NCBI GenBank assembly: GCA_031422995.1
Contig: JANPEP010000008.1
Location: forward strand, 1 to 63,893
Source of the DNA: Polymorphobacter sp.
GTDB lineage: Bacteria; Pseudomonadota; Alphaproteobacteria; Sphingomonadales; Sphingomonadaceae
Length of the DNA: 63,893 nt
Reading direction: 5' to 3'
The notes beneath the pieces are model-generated. The model was not told where the DNA came from. It did no database searches and was given only the letters and a program-made list of their open reading frames with translations. Below, in pieces: positions 10,068-19,552 of this stretch; the stretch's first letter is position 1; every line of letters begins with the position of its first letter. Made by a program: the position numbers and the translations under genes.

Positions 10068-10550
10068 ATGCCGCCACCCCTCACCTGCCTCCTCATCGCC
10101 GCCCTCGCGGCCGCCGCATCCCCCACCCTCGCCGCCGAACCCGCGGCTGCCTTCCGCACCGTCACCCCCGAACAACTCATCTGGCACCCGGTCCCCGACA
10201 GCTTCGGCGTCGAAAGCGCCGTCATCTCCGGCAACCCCGCCCAACCCGGCCCCTATGTCATCCGCGTCCGCTTCCCGCCCCACGTCATGGACCGCCCCCA
10301 TTCCCACTCGGGCGACCGCCACGTAACCGTCATCAAGGGCACATGGTTCGCCGGCACCGGCCCCAGCTTCGATCCCGCCAAGGCCGTCGCGCTGAAACCC
10401 GGCAGCTACATGTTCCACCCTGCCAATGGCGTGCATTGGGACGGCGCCAACAGCGACGAGGAAGCCATCGTCCAGATCATCGGCACCGGCCCGATCACAT
10501 CCGCAGATGTGGACCCGAACCTGCCGTCATGGGTGAAGGTTGATCGCTAA
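10068..10550 (+). CDS. Exported cupin-domain protein
   Basis: Signal peptide, PHSH..DRHVTVIKGTW, L.PGSY..HP..GVHWDG. Confidence 0.85.
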   Translation: MPPPLTCLLIAALAAAASPTLAAEPAAAFRTVTPEQLIWHPVPDSFGVESAVISGNPAQPGPYVIRVRFPPHVMDRPHSHSGDRHVTVIKGTWFAGTGPSFDPAKAVALKPGSYMFHPANGVHWDGANSDEEAIVQIIGTGPITSADVDPNLPSWVKVDR

Positions 10551-10558
10551 AAACGTCC

Positions 10559-10578
10559 CTCTTCCGCTTGCGGGAGAG
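10559..10578. repeat. Family A hairpin (partial)
   Basis: ctcttccgc-ttg-cgggagag. Confidence 0.5.
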
Positions 10579-10676
10579 ACGAGACGCGCGCCGTCGGGAC
10601 AGCACAGGGCAGCAACAGGCAATAAGGCTTGCACCTCGAAGGGCCGGTCTATGGCGGCAAGCAACCCTTCTGCCCA

Positions 10677-10728
10677 CTCCCCCCACGTGAGCGAAGCGAA
10701 CGTAGAGTGGGGAGGGTCGGGGTGGGGG
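10677..10728. repeat. Family A element
   Basis: ctccccccac...gtggggagggtcggggtgggg; close relative of 52562-52616. Confidence 0.7.
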
Positions 10729-10763
10729 TCGCGAAGGCCCGGATTTGGGGTGGATAGTAGACG

Positions 10764-11075
10764 TCAGCAGTGACGGATCGCCGGCTCCTCTAGGCAGATG
10801 ATCTCGACACAATGATCCGGCGTTCTGATGAGGCAGGAAAAGGTCTGCTCCGCTTCCTGAAAGCGTGCGTTTGCACGATAATCGAGCAGGTAGGGCGCGT
10901 CTTCACTGATCTCTATTCCACACCCGGCGTCCATGGTTTGAATAACTAGCCTGCCACTGAACGCGCTCAAATAGTTCCAGTGGTCGCTTTCTGCATATGA
11001 CCGCAATGGGGCGTCAGCGGACGTTCCAAAAAACACGCCAACCAACCAAACGCCGAAAGAAAGAACAGCAAGCAA
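10764..11075 (-). CDS. Hypothetical protein, possibly a 5'-truncated remnant
   Basis: 103-aa ORF, lower GC than neighbours, TTG start directly against a repeat element, no recognised family. Confidence 0.4.
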   Translation of the reverse strand: MLAVLSFGVWLVGVFFGTSADAPLRSYAESDHWNYLSAFSGRLVIQTMDAGCGIEISEDAPYLLDYRANARFQEAEQTFSCLIRTPDHCVEIICLEEPAIRHC

Positions 11076-11182
11076 GCACGGGCAAAGCCCGTGCCGACGT
11101 CAGACGGGTTCGCCCGGCATAGCCGGCCGCCCCGCTGGCCGCGCTTCTGCCTGTCGGCACGTAGCTACGCTGCGCGCTCGCG
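11076..11182 (-). repeat. Structured 3'-end repeat (family B) copy 1
   Basis: Shares GGCTTTGCC hairpin, GAACYCGTCYGAC and GCCRGCG(R)GGCGG cores with four other copies; abuts SDR stop. Confidence 0.8.
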
Positions 11183-11959
11183 TCAGTGCGCGGTATACCC
11201 CCCATCCACCACCATCTCACCCCCCGTCATGAAACTCGCCTCATCCGATGCCAGGAACAGCACCGCATCGGCAATCTCGCGCGGCACGCCGAACCGCCCC
11301 ATCGCGTGCGCCGCGATCAACGCATCGCGCATCTCGTTGCCATTCTCCGCCGCCATCAACGCGCCCGCCACCATCGGCGTATCGATAAACCCCGGATGCA
11401 CCGAATTGACCCGTATCCCCAGCGGCGCCCACTCCAGCGCCGCCGCCTTGGTCAACATCAACACCCCGCCCTTTGACGCGCAATAGGCCGCCGCATTCGG
11501 CAACCCCACCTTCCCCAAAATCGACGACAGGTTGATGATCGATCCACCCCCGCCCGCCGCCATCACCGGGCCGCAATGCCGCATCCCCAGGAACACGCCG
11601 TCGAGATTGATCGACAGGATCCGCCGCCAATCCTCCAGCGTGTGCGTCATCAAATCGAGCTGGCCTCCCGCCACCCCGGCGTTGTTGACCAGCACATCCA
11701 GCTTGCCGAAACGTTCGACCGCGGTCTCCACCGCCGCCACCCATTCGCTCTCCACCGTCACATCATGCCGCAAAAACCGCGCCCGGCCCCCCGCGGCCAC
11801 AATCGACAGCGCCACCGCCTCCCCCGCCGCATCACGATCGGTCAGCATGACCGCCGCGCCCTCCGCAGCCAGCCGCCGCGCCGTCTCCGCCCCCAACCCC
11901 ATCGCTGCGCCGGTAACCAGCGCCACCTTGCCTTGCACCCGTCCCGATCGGTTGGTCAT
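11183..11959 (-). CDS. Short-chain dehydrogenase/reductase
   Basis: TGAAMGLG, NNAG, YCASK, VNSVHPG. Confidence 0.93.
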   Translation of the reverse strand: MTNRSGRVQGKVALVTGAAMGLGAETARRLAAEGAAVMLTDRDAAGEAVALSIVAAGGRARFLRHDVTVESEWVAAVETAVERFGKLDVLVNNAGVAGGQLDLMTHTLEDWRRILSINLDGVFLGMRHCGPVMAAGGGGSIINLSSILGKVGLPNAAAYCASKGGVLMLTKAAALEWAPLGIRVNSVHPGFIDTPMVAGALMAAENGNEMRDALIAAHAMGRFGVPREIADAVLFLASDEASFMTGGEMVVDGGYTAH

Positions 11960-12018
11960 CTTAACCCCCTGTCAGTCGTCTTTTGCGGCAGCATAAAGCG
12001 AGACCAAGCCACAAAAAA

Positions 12019-12084
12019 CCCCTCTCCCGCTTGCGCTCGTGCACCGTCGCGGATGCGATCTCCGTCGCGCGCGGCGGGAGAGGG
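12019..12084. repeat. Family A element with expanded loop
   Basis: ccctctcccgc...gcgggagaggg terminal stem. Confidence 0.65.
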
Positions 12085-12124
12085 TGTAACCGAACATGGG
12101 CCTTGAGGACCGAAAGCGCGCAAT

Positions 12125-12147
12125 AAAAAACCCGGGCAAAGCCCGGG
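12125..12147 (-). terminator. Rho-independent terminator of tonB-exbB-exbD-exbD
   Basis: Minus strand cccgggc-ttt-gcccggg followed by TTTTTT; hairpin is the end of family B copy 2. Confidence 0.75.
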
Positions 12148-12260
12148 CGTAGCTTGCCCCGGAAAGAGCCGGGGTCAGACGAGTTCGGCTGGCCATATGC
12201 CAGCCGCCTCGCTGGCGAACCTCTTGAAAGTCTGAGCGCAGCTATGCTGCGCCCAGCCGC
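12131..12260 (-). repeat. Structured 3'-end repeat (family B) copy 2
   Basis: gtcagacgagttcg / ccgcctcgctggc cores, gcgcagc-tat-gctgcgc hairpin; just after exbD stop. Confidence 0.75.
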
Positions 12261-12263
12261 ACT

Positions 12264-12683
12264 TCAGTTCGCATAGGCCTCATTGCCCACAAAGCCCATC
12301 TTGGTGATCCCGGCCTGCTGGGCCGCAGCCATCACCTTGTCGACAACTTCATATTTGGCCAGGCCTTCGGGACGCAGCCGCAGTTCGGGCTGGCTCGGCA
12401 TGTCTGCCGCCTGCTTCATGTACGAGCGCAGCGTCGCCTGATCGACTTCGACCTTGTTCCAATAAATGTTGGACAGAAAATCGATATCGACCTGGTTGAA
12501 CACCGGATCGACATTGGTCGGCTGGTTGGCATTGACCGGCAGATCCAGCTTCACGGCATGGGTCTGCGGCGGAATGGTGATAATGAACATGATCAGCAAC
12601 ACGAGCATGACGTCGATCAACGGCGTCGTGTTCATGTCGGTCATCGGCGCGCCGTCGCTGCTGTCGCTCATCGCCATCGACAT
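12264..12683 (-). CDS. exbD: ExbD/TolR family biopolymer transport protein
   Basis: MNTTPLIDVMLVLLIMFII. Confidence 0.92.
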   Translation of the reverse strand: MSMAMSDSSDGAPMTDMNTTPLIDVMLVLLIMFIITIPPQTHAVKLDLPVNANQPTNVDPVFNQVDIDFLSNIYWNKVEVDQATLRSYMKQAADMPSQPELRLRPEGLAKYEVVDKVMAAAQQAGITKMGFVGNEAYAN

Positions 12684-12732
12684 GGCATTACTCCTTCAAT
12701 TCCTGCAGGGCGGCATCAAGCCGCCCTGGATA

Positions 12733-13206
12733 TTACCGCGTAACTTCGCCGGCGACGGGGTTCGAAATGAACCCGATCTTCAGAAACCCGGCGCGCTGCA
12801 TGGTATAGATAACCCCGCCAACACACCGATATTCCATATCCTTGTCACCGCGGATATGAACCTCGGGCAACTCGATCTTGCCGCCCTTGGCTTCCTGCCG
12901 TGCGATCTCGTCCTTCAACGCCTTGACGCCGCGATCAAGCAGTTCCTGCTTCGTATCGACCCTGGTCTGACCCCAATAGACATCGCAATTGGCATCGACC
13001 GAGATCAACACGTTCTCGGGCTTGGTCGTCGTCGCCAGGTTCGTCACCGTCGGCAACCTGAGCGCCACGGTCTGGATCACGACGGGAACGGTGATGAGAA
13101 AGATGATGAGCAGAACCAACATGACGTCGACCAGCGGCGTCGTGTTGATCTCGGTCATCGGGCTTTCGCTACCGTCCTCTTCCGGCGATCCGATGTTCAT
13201 CGACAT
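12733..13206 (-). CDS. exbD: ExbD/TolR family biopolymer transport protein
   Basis: INTTPLVDVMLVLLIIFLI, IRGD. Confidence 0.92.
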   Translation of the reverse strand: MSMNIGSPEEDGSESPMTEINTTPLVDVMLVLLIIFLITVPVVIQTVALRLPTVTNLATTTKPENVLISVDANCDVYWGQTRVDTKQELLDRGVKALKDEIARQEAKGGKIELPEVHIRGDKDMEYRCVGGVIYTMQRAGFLKIGFISNPVAGEVTR

Positions 13207-13243
13207 GAGTCAGATGCCCTTTTCTTGGCTGCGTGCCGAACGT

Positions 13244-13969
13244 TCAGCGCGCAACCGGCTTCGGAGCAACGGCGGCCGGTGGCATCGAAGGCGTCACAAC
13301 CCGCGAACCCGAAACCAGCGCACCATGAACATCGGCAGAGAAGTTGTTGAGCTTCTCGGACACATCCTTGTTGCGGCGGATGAGCCAGTTATAGCCAAGC
13401 ACGGCCGGAACGGCGACGGCCAGACCAAGCGCGGTCATGATCAAGGCTTCACCCACCGGGCCAGCGACCTTGTCGATCGAAGCCTGACCGGCCAGACCAA
13501 TGTTGATCAGCGCGCGATAGATACCGACAACCGTCCCGAACAGACCGATGAACGGCGACGTCGAACCGACCGAAGCGAGGAACGAAAGGCCGCCCTGAAG
13601 CTTCGAGGCGACACCGTTGGTCGAACGGTTCAACGCCATCGTCACCCACTCATGCTGGTCGATCTTGTCGGTCAACCGGCCTTCGTGATGGTCCGAAGCG
13701 CGCAGGCCGTCATCAACGATCTGCTTGAACGGCGAGTTCTTGTCGAGCTTGGACGCACCCGTCTTCAGATCAGGCGCCGACCAGAATTTCTTCTCCAACG
13801 TCGCCGCTTCCGTCAGCACCTTCCGCTGGTCGATGTACTTGGTGATGATGATGTACCACGACACCAGCGACATGAAGACCAGGATCCCGAACACCGACTG
13901 GGCAATGATGCCGCCCTGCTCAAGCGCGGCCGCCAGGCCATAGGGATTTTCGACTGCGACGGTTTCCAT
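13244..13969 (-). CDS. exbB: MotA/TolQ/ExbB proton channel protein
   Basis: SPFIGLFGTVVGI, GEALIMTALGLAVAVPA; ATG 13969 after GAGGGA. Confidence 0.92.
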   Translation of the reverse strand: METVAVENPYGLAAALEQGGIIAQSVFGILVFMSLVSWYIIITKYIDQRKVLTEAATLEKKFWSAPDLKTGASKLDKNSPFKQIVDDGLRASDHHEGRLTDKIDQHEWVTMALNRSTNGVASKLQGGLSFLASVGSTSPFIGLFGTVVGIYRALINIGLAGQASIDKVAGPVGEALIMTALGLAVAVPAVLGYNWLIRRNKDVSEKLNNFSADVHGALVSGSRVVTPSMPPAAVAPKPVAR

Positions 13970-14050
13970 TGTAAAATTCCCTCGATTTTTCGTTATGTTC
14001 AATTGGTTGACTGGTCCACAGCGAGGCGCGCTGGCCCCGCCGCAGCCGGA

Positions 14051-14698
14051 TTAGCGAGCGTCCTTCAACTGCCAGCGGACTGGCTGTGACTTGGTTTCCT
14101 GCACGGGCACCCCATCACGCGTCGCCGGGTTGAAGCGGAAACGGCGCATGATGATCTTGCACGTCGCATCGTCCAGCCGCGGCGAACCGCTCGATGACGT
14201 CACGTTGCAGCTTGAAACCTTGCCATCCACATCAATGACAAAGCTGACACGAGCGACGCCCTGCTCCTCGGCGCGCCGCGACGCGTCGGGATAATCGTCT
14301 TCGCTGATGCTGTTGCCTCGGCCCCTGGGCGTGGCCGCAGTCGGCGCCTTCACGGCGGCCGGTGGCGCCGGCGGCGCCGGTGGTGTGAACACCGGAGGTG
14401 CCGTGACCGGAACCTGCTGCTGCACCGTGATCGTCGGCGCGGCTTCGGACTGCACCGAAACCTCCGGCGGCGGCACGAACGGCGGAATCTCGATGTCCTT
14501 GGGCGGCGGCGGCGGCGGTTCTTCCGGCGGCGGCACGTCTTCCTTGACGTTGACTGTTTCCAGCGGCGCAACGATCGCCTTGACGGCTTTCAATGCGAGG
14601 CCGGTGATGAAAGCGTAACCGAGCAGGATATGCAGCAAGGCAACAAGGCCCAGCGCAATCATGCGGTTTTTGCTCATCCCCTGATCAGCGTATGCCAT
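14051..14698 (-). CDS. tonB: Energy transducer TonB
   Basis: N-terminal TM with His, Pro-rich linker, YP..RRAEEQG, SSG...LD C-terminal domain. Confidence 0.92.
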   Translation of the reverse strand: MAYADQGMSKNRMIALGLVALLHILLGYAFITGLALKAVKAIVAPLETVNVKEDVPPPEEPPPPPPKDIEIPPFVPPPEVSVQSEAAPTITVQQQVPVTAPPVFTPPAPPAPPAAVKAPTAATPRGRGNSISEDDYPDASRRAEEQGVARVSFVIDVDGKVSSCNVTSSSGSPRLDDATCKIIMRRFRFNPATRDGVPVQETKSQPVRWQLKDAR

Positions 14699-15026
14699 GA
14701 GCGCTGCAGAACTCCTGTAAAAGCGAAAAGCCCGAAATCAAAAATTCATGGATTGCCGCGGGCATCAAATACCCTCAGCGCTCCCTCTCCGTTCCTGTCT
14801 TAACCGCAACCCGTGCAACGCCGCAACCGCTTTGTGACGAGAAAGGGGCAAGTCTGCATCAAAGCATATCATCGCGGTAATCTTACAATTCGGGCTTCCC
14901 CGGCGCATCAACCCGATTGTCCAGCCCCCTCATATGGTTACTTTCCATCCATTACGCACCTGTGACGAAACATCGGCACGCCAGCGCCCGTTGCAGCAGA
15001 CCGGTCTCGCGCCTAAAACATTCACC

Positions 15027-15833
15027 ATGTTCATGCCCCGAATCCCGCGCGCCCTGGCCTTTCTGGCGACCGCCACGGCCTTCCTGCTGGCCGCACCATC
15101 CGCCGCTGCGGCGCTGTCGTACGCCGATCTCGCAGACCTTACCCTTGCCGCGCCCGTCATCGCCCGCGCCACCATCACCAACAGCGAGCGCATCGCCGAC
15201 AAGGACAGCCCCGGCCTTGCCCCCGGCCACGCCCGCCTGCTGCTCACCGCCGCCGTCGATGCGGCCCTTGTGGCACCCGGTACCATTCCTGCCTCGCTCA
15301 GCTGGCTGTGGGACGCGCCGCTCGATGGCCGCAACAAGGCCCCAAAGCCAAAGGGCCAAACCATCCTCGCCTGGCTCGCCGCACCCGCGGCCGATGGCAA
15401 GACCCGCCTCATCGCCGCATCGGCGCAACAACCCTGGGACGCCGCCACCGAAGCCCGCGTCCGCACCATCGCTGTCGAGGCGCGCGGCAGCATGGCCCCC
15501 GCCATTACCGGCGTCGCCAACGGCTTTCGCGCCGATGGCACCGTCCCCGGCGAAAGCGAAAGCCAGTTCTTCCTCAACAGCGCCGGAAGCGCTGCCAACG
15601 TAACTATGATCGTCACCACAAAACCCGGCGAGGCCCGGCGCGTCGCCGTCGCCCGCGGCGATGTCATTGATGAATCAGCAACAACCGTGAAGCCCGGCAC
15701 GCTGCTGCACTATCGCCTGGCCTGCTTCCTGCCGGCGAAACTGCCCGAAGCTGCCGGCGGCGCCGATCCGGCCCTTGCCGCGGATTGGGCCGCCGCCCTC
15801 GCCAGCCTCGGCCCCTGCGGCCGCACCAAATAG
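15027..15833 (+). CDS. Exported hypothetical protein
   Basis: Signal peptide, SYADLADL start of mature part, host-like codon usage. Confidence 0.7.
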   Translation: MFMPRIPRALAFLATATAFLLAAPSAAAALSYADLADLTLAAPVIARATITNSERIADKDSPGLAPGHARLLLTAAVDAALVAPGTIPASLSWLWDAPLDGRNKAPKPKGQTILAWLAAPAADGKTRLIAASAQQPWDAATEARVRTIAVEARGSMAPAITGVANGFRADGTVPGESESQFFLNSAGSAANVTMIVTTKPGEARRVAVARGDVIDESATTVKPGTLLHYRLACFLPAKLPEAAGGADPALAADWAAALASLGPCGRTK

Positions 15834-15882
15834 CGCGAGTCCGACCTGCGGGACGCACCGGGGCAGCGAAATCTCGCTGGCC

Positions 15883-16296
15883 CTAAAAGCTCGAAATCTC
15901 CACGCCCACAGCGGCACAATCCGGATAGATATCGGGCTTGCGCGTCGAAACCCGCACGGCCTCCACGCCCTGCCGTGCCGCTACCAGCGCATAAACCTCA
16001 TGCGCCACGGTTTCCTGCAAATTGAACCGCCGGCCCGCCACCAGCGCCAGAACGGCGGTGCGCAACACGTCATAATCCCATGCCGCCGCCACGCTGTCGC
16101 ACTGCGGAAACGCCGATTCGGCCAGCCACACTTCGATGTTCAGCCGCAGCCGCTGCGGCGTCCCGATCTCGAAATCATGAAAGCCGATGTCCACCGGCAA
16201 ATCGAAATCCTCCAGCATGATCTTGCGCGTCTTTGGCGCCAACGCCAGCGGCACCAACCCACTAAGGATCGGGTGGCGAATCAAGTCATCGATCAT
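15883..16296 (-). CDS. folB: Dihydroneopterin aldolase
   Basis: IGFHDFE..PQRL, WDYD, FNLQET, KPDIYPDCAAVGVE. Confidence 0.88.
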   Translation of the reverse strand: MIDDLIRHPILSGLVPLALAPKTRKIMLEDFDLPVDIGFHDFEIGTPQRLRLNIEVWLAESAFPQCDSVAAAWDYDVLRTAVLALVAGRRFNLQETVAHEVYALVAARQGVEAVRVSTRKPDIYPDCAAVGVEISSF

Positions 16297-17051
16297 TGCG
16301 TCTTCACCATATAAGCCACGTCGCGAGACAGCCCCATCAGCCGTTGCCCGCCATCCAGAACGATCGTCTGGGCATTGAACGTCGGCGTGGCAATAATGAA
16401 CCGCAACGCCGCTACAATCTCATCCACCGCGACACCACGCCGCAGCGGATTCAGGCCATGCACCGCCTCGAAATTCTCGCGGCTCTGTGGCCCGCTCACC
16501 AATGTCACCGCCGGCGCAATCCCCGCACAGCGCAGCCGCGGCGCATAGGCCCGCGCCGTCAATTCGGTCAGCCCCTCGAGGCCGATCTTGCTCAATGTAT
16601 AGGTAAAATAGTCCGGGTTCAGCCATTCTAGCTTGGCATCGAGCATATTGACCACCAACGACGTTGCATCCGCCGGCACGGCTTCGGCAAACGCCCGCGT
16701 CAACAACGCCGGCGCCCGCAAATTCACCGCCATATGGGCATCGAATTCGGCAACCTCGAAATCCGCAATTCCGTCATAAACGAATCGCGACGCCGAATTG
16801 ACCAGCAACCCCAGCGGCGGCAACCCCTTGGCCGCCCCGACAATCCGCGCCCCCGCATCGGCACCGGCCAGGTCGGCCACCACCACAGTGGCGGTCCCGA
16901 CCTCCGCAGCCAACGCCTCGGCCTCATCCCGCGACGTGTTGCAATGGACAACCACGTGCCAGCCATCCGCCGCCAAAGCCCGCACGATCGCCGCACCGAT
17001 GCGCTTTGCACCACCGGTCACAATTGCTGTCTGATGCCGCGATCCTGTCAT
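16293..17051 (-). CDS. SDR, pteridine reductase-like
   Basis: TGGAKRIG, YTLSK; overlaps folB start. Confidence 0.88.
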   Translation of the reverse strand: MTGSRHQTAIVTGGAKRIGAAIVRALAADGWHVVVHCNTSRDEAEALAAEVGTATVVVADLAGADAGARIVGAAKGLPPLGLLVNSASRFVYDGIADFEVAEFDAHMAVNLRAPALLTRAFAEAVPADATSLVVNMLDAKLEWLNPDYFTYTLSKIGLEGLTELTARAYAPRLRCAGIAPAVTLVSGPQSRENFEAVHGLNPLRRGVAVDEIVAALRFIIATPTFNAQTIVLDGGQRLMGLSRDVAYMVKTQ

Positions 17052-17154
17052 TCCCGCCGCCCTAGCCTCCTTCGCCCCTTCCTATCAAGCCGAGCCGCCG
17101 CCGCAGGCAGCGCCGCAATTGCCCTTCCCCGCCCGCCCCCCTAAATCGGCGCCA

Positions 17155-19074
17155 ATGTCCCTGCCGCCAACCGATCGCTTCTCCGAAGAAACCGCCACCT
17201 ACACGGTGCAGGGCAAGGACACGCCCGATCTCGATCGCGGTGTCGCCGCCATCCGCAACGTCCTGCGCACCCTCCCCGCCCGCCCCGGCGTCTATCGCAT
17301 GACCGATTCGGAAGGCGCCGTGCTCTACATCGGCAAGGCCAAGGCGCTCAAAAGCCGCGTCACAAATTATACCCAGGTCGCCCGCCTCTCGCGGCGCCTG
17401 CAACGCATGGTCTCGCAAACCCGCGACATGACCATCGTCACCACCAACTCCGAATCCGAAGCGCTGCTGCTCGAAGCCCAACTCATCAAGCGCTACAGGC
17501 CCCCCTACAATGTCCTGCTCCGCGACGACAAAAGCTTCCCCTTCATATTCCTGCGGGAAGACCATGATTTCCCCCGCATTTCCAAGCACCGCGGCGCCCG
17601 CATCGGCAAGGGCAGCTACTACGGCCCCTTCGCCAGCGCCGGCGCCGTCAACACCACGCTCAACGCCCTGCAAAAGGTCTTCCTGCTGCGCTCCTGCACC
17701 GACAGTTTCTTCGCCAATCGCACCCGGCCCTGCCTCCTCCACCAGATCAAGCGCTGCTCCGCCCCCTGCACCGGCCGCATCGACGATGCCGCTTATGCTG
17801 AGCTTGTCGCCGACGCCAAATCCTTCCTCTCCGGCAAGACCCAGGAGGCGCAAAAGAAGCTTGGGCTGGCCATGCAAACCGCCGCCGAAGCCCGTGACTA
17901 TGAACTCGCCGCCGTGCTGCGTGATCGCCTCCGCGCCCTCACCTTCATCCAGAACACCCAGACGGTGAATGCCGAAGGATCCGCCAGCGATGCTGACATC
18001 GTCGCCCTCGCCGCCAAGTCCGGCGTCATGTGCCTCCAGGTGTTCTTCATCCGTGGCGGGCAAAACTGGGGCCATCGCGCCTTCTTCCCCGCCCACACCG
18101 AAGGTGTGTCCGAAGACGAAGTGCTGATGTCCTTCCTCGCCCAGCTCTACGAGGAATTGCCCCCGCCCCGCGAACTCCTCCTCGACCGCGCATTGAAGGA
18201 AGCCCCCCTCCTCGCCGACGCCCTGTCCGAAAAAGCCGGGCACCGGGTCGGCGTCCGCGCCCCGCAACGCGGCCCCAACCGCAAACTCATCGAACAGGCC
18301 GCGCGCAACGCCGTCGAAGCGCTCGATCGCCGCCAGGCCGAATCAACCACGCAGCACAAATTGCTGCGCGAACTTGCCGACCTTTTCGACCTCGGCGAGC
18401 CACCCGCCCGCATCGAAGTCTATGACAACAGCCACATCATGGGCACGAATGCACTAGGTGCCATGATCGTCGCCGGCCCCGAGGGCTTTCAGAAAAACCA
18501 GTATCGCAAGTTCAACATGAACGACGCCAGCATCACCCCCGGCGACGACTTCGCCATGATGAAGGCCATGCTGTCGCGCCGCTTCGCCCGCCTTGAAAAG
18601 GAAGACCCCGACCGGGAACGCGGCGATTGGCCCGATCTCGTCCTCATCGACGGCGGCAAGGGGCAGTTGTCCGCCGTCAACGAAGCCCTTGCCGAACTCG
18701 GCGTCGAGAACGTCTGCATCATCGGCGTCTCGAAAGGCTTTGACCGCGACGCCGGCCGCGAAACCTTCCACCTGCCCTCGGGCCGCGAACTCCACCTGCC
18801 CCCCAACGCCCCGGTGCTGTTCTTCCTGCAACGCCTGCGCGACGAAGCCCATCGCTTCGCCATCGGCGCCCACCGCGCAAAACGCAGCAAATCCATCGCC
18901 GCCAACCCCCTCGACGACGTCCCCGGCATCGGCCCGGCGCGCAAAAAGGCGCTGCTCATGCACTTCGGCACATCACGCGCGGTCAGGGGCGCCACCCTCG
19001 AAGACCTCGAACGCGCCCCCGGCATCAGCAAGGCCATGGCCGAAGCCATCCACGCCCATTTCCACCAGGGCTGA
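17155..19074 (+). CDS. uvrC: Excinuclease ABC subunit C
   Basis: PGVYRM..LYIGKAK GIY-YIG, IEVYDNSH, DGGKGQ, RDEAHRFA, HhH. Confidence 0.97.
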   Translation: MSLPPTDRFSEETATYTVQGKDTPDLDRGVAAIRNVLRTLPARPGVYRMTDSEGAVLYIGKAKALKSRVTNYTQVARLSRRLQRMVSQTRDMTIVTTNSESEALLLEAQLIKRYRPPYNVLLRDDKSFPFIFLREDHDFPRISKHRGARIGKGSYYGPFASAGAVNTTLNALQKVFLLRSCTDSFFANRTRPCLLHQIKRCSAPCTGRIDDAAYAELVADAKSFLSGKTQEAQKKLGLAMQTAAEARDYELAAVLRDRLRALTFIQNTQTVNAEGSASDADIVALAAKSGVMCLQVFFIRGGQNWGHRAFFPAHTEGVSEDEVLMSFLAQLYEELPPPRELLLDRALKEAPLLADALSEKAGHRVGVRAPQRGPNRKLIEQAARNAVEALDRRQAESTTQHKLLRELADLFDLGEPPARIEVYDNSHIMGTNALGAMIVAGPEGFQKNQYRKFNMNDASITPGDDFAMMKAMLSRRFARLEKEDPDRERGDWPDLVLIDGGKGQLSAVNEALAELGVENVCIIGVSKGFDRDAGRETFHLPSGRELHLPPNAPVLFFLQRLRDEAHRFAIGAHRAKRSKSIAANPLDDVPGIGPARKKALLMHFGTSRAVRGATLEDLERAPGISKAMAEAIHAHFHQG

Positions 19075-19078
19075 CCTG

Positions 19079-19115
19079 CCCCCCTCCCGCCGACAGGAGG
19101 GACCGGGGGTGGGGG
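19079..19115. repeat. Family A element
   Basis: ccctcc...ggagggaccgggggtggggg. Confidence 0.6.
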
Positions 19116-19145
19116 ATACACGCACTTTCCGCTATAAGCGCCCCC

Positions 19146-19520
19146 ATGACCCCCGATCCCGCCGTTATCGCCGCCCTCGCTGTCCTCCGCGACATCATCC
19201 GCGAAACCGGCAAGACCGCCGCCCCGGCTGGCCTCATCGAAACCACCAAATGGGGCCAACCCGCCTTCCTGTCCGCCACCCCGCGCACCGGCACCACCGT
19301 CCGCATCGACGCCCTTCCCGCCGAACCCGGCAAGGTCGCCATTTTCTTCCACTGCAAGACCAGCCTCGTGGAGCGCTTCCGCAGCCTCTTCCCGAATGAT
19401 TTCGAATTCCGCGGCAACCGCGCCCTCGTCCTCGACGCACACCAGCCGCTGCCCCATGAACCGATCGCCACCTGCGTCGCCCTCGCCCTCACCTATTACA
19501 AACCGGCGGCCAGGGCCTGA
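19146..19520 (+). CDS. DUF1801 (YdhG-like) domain protein
   Basis: ETTKWGQPAF, GTTVRID, FHCKTSLVERFR, FRGNRAL. Confidence 0.8.
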   Translation: MTPDPAVIAALAVLRDIIRETGKTAAPAGLIETTKWGQPAFLSATPRTGTTVRIDALPAEPGKVAIFFHCKTSLVERFRSLFPNDFEFRGNRALVLDAHQPLPHEPIATCVALALTYYKPAARA

Positions 19521-19552
19521 AGCCCAAGCCGCCGGATCGTCGGCAATCGCGC

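Noticed and set aside
12200-12217. ccagccgcctcgctggcg resembles the P3/L3 region of the HDV ribozyme
   Set aside because: First L3 base is G not U, no GG for P1.1 after the would-be P1, no downstream P2 partner; the other family B copies do not fit the fold
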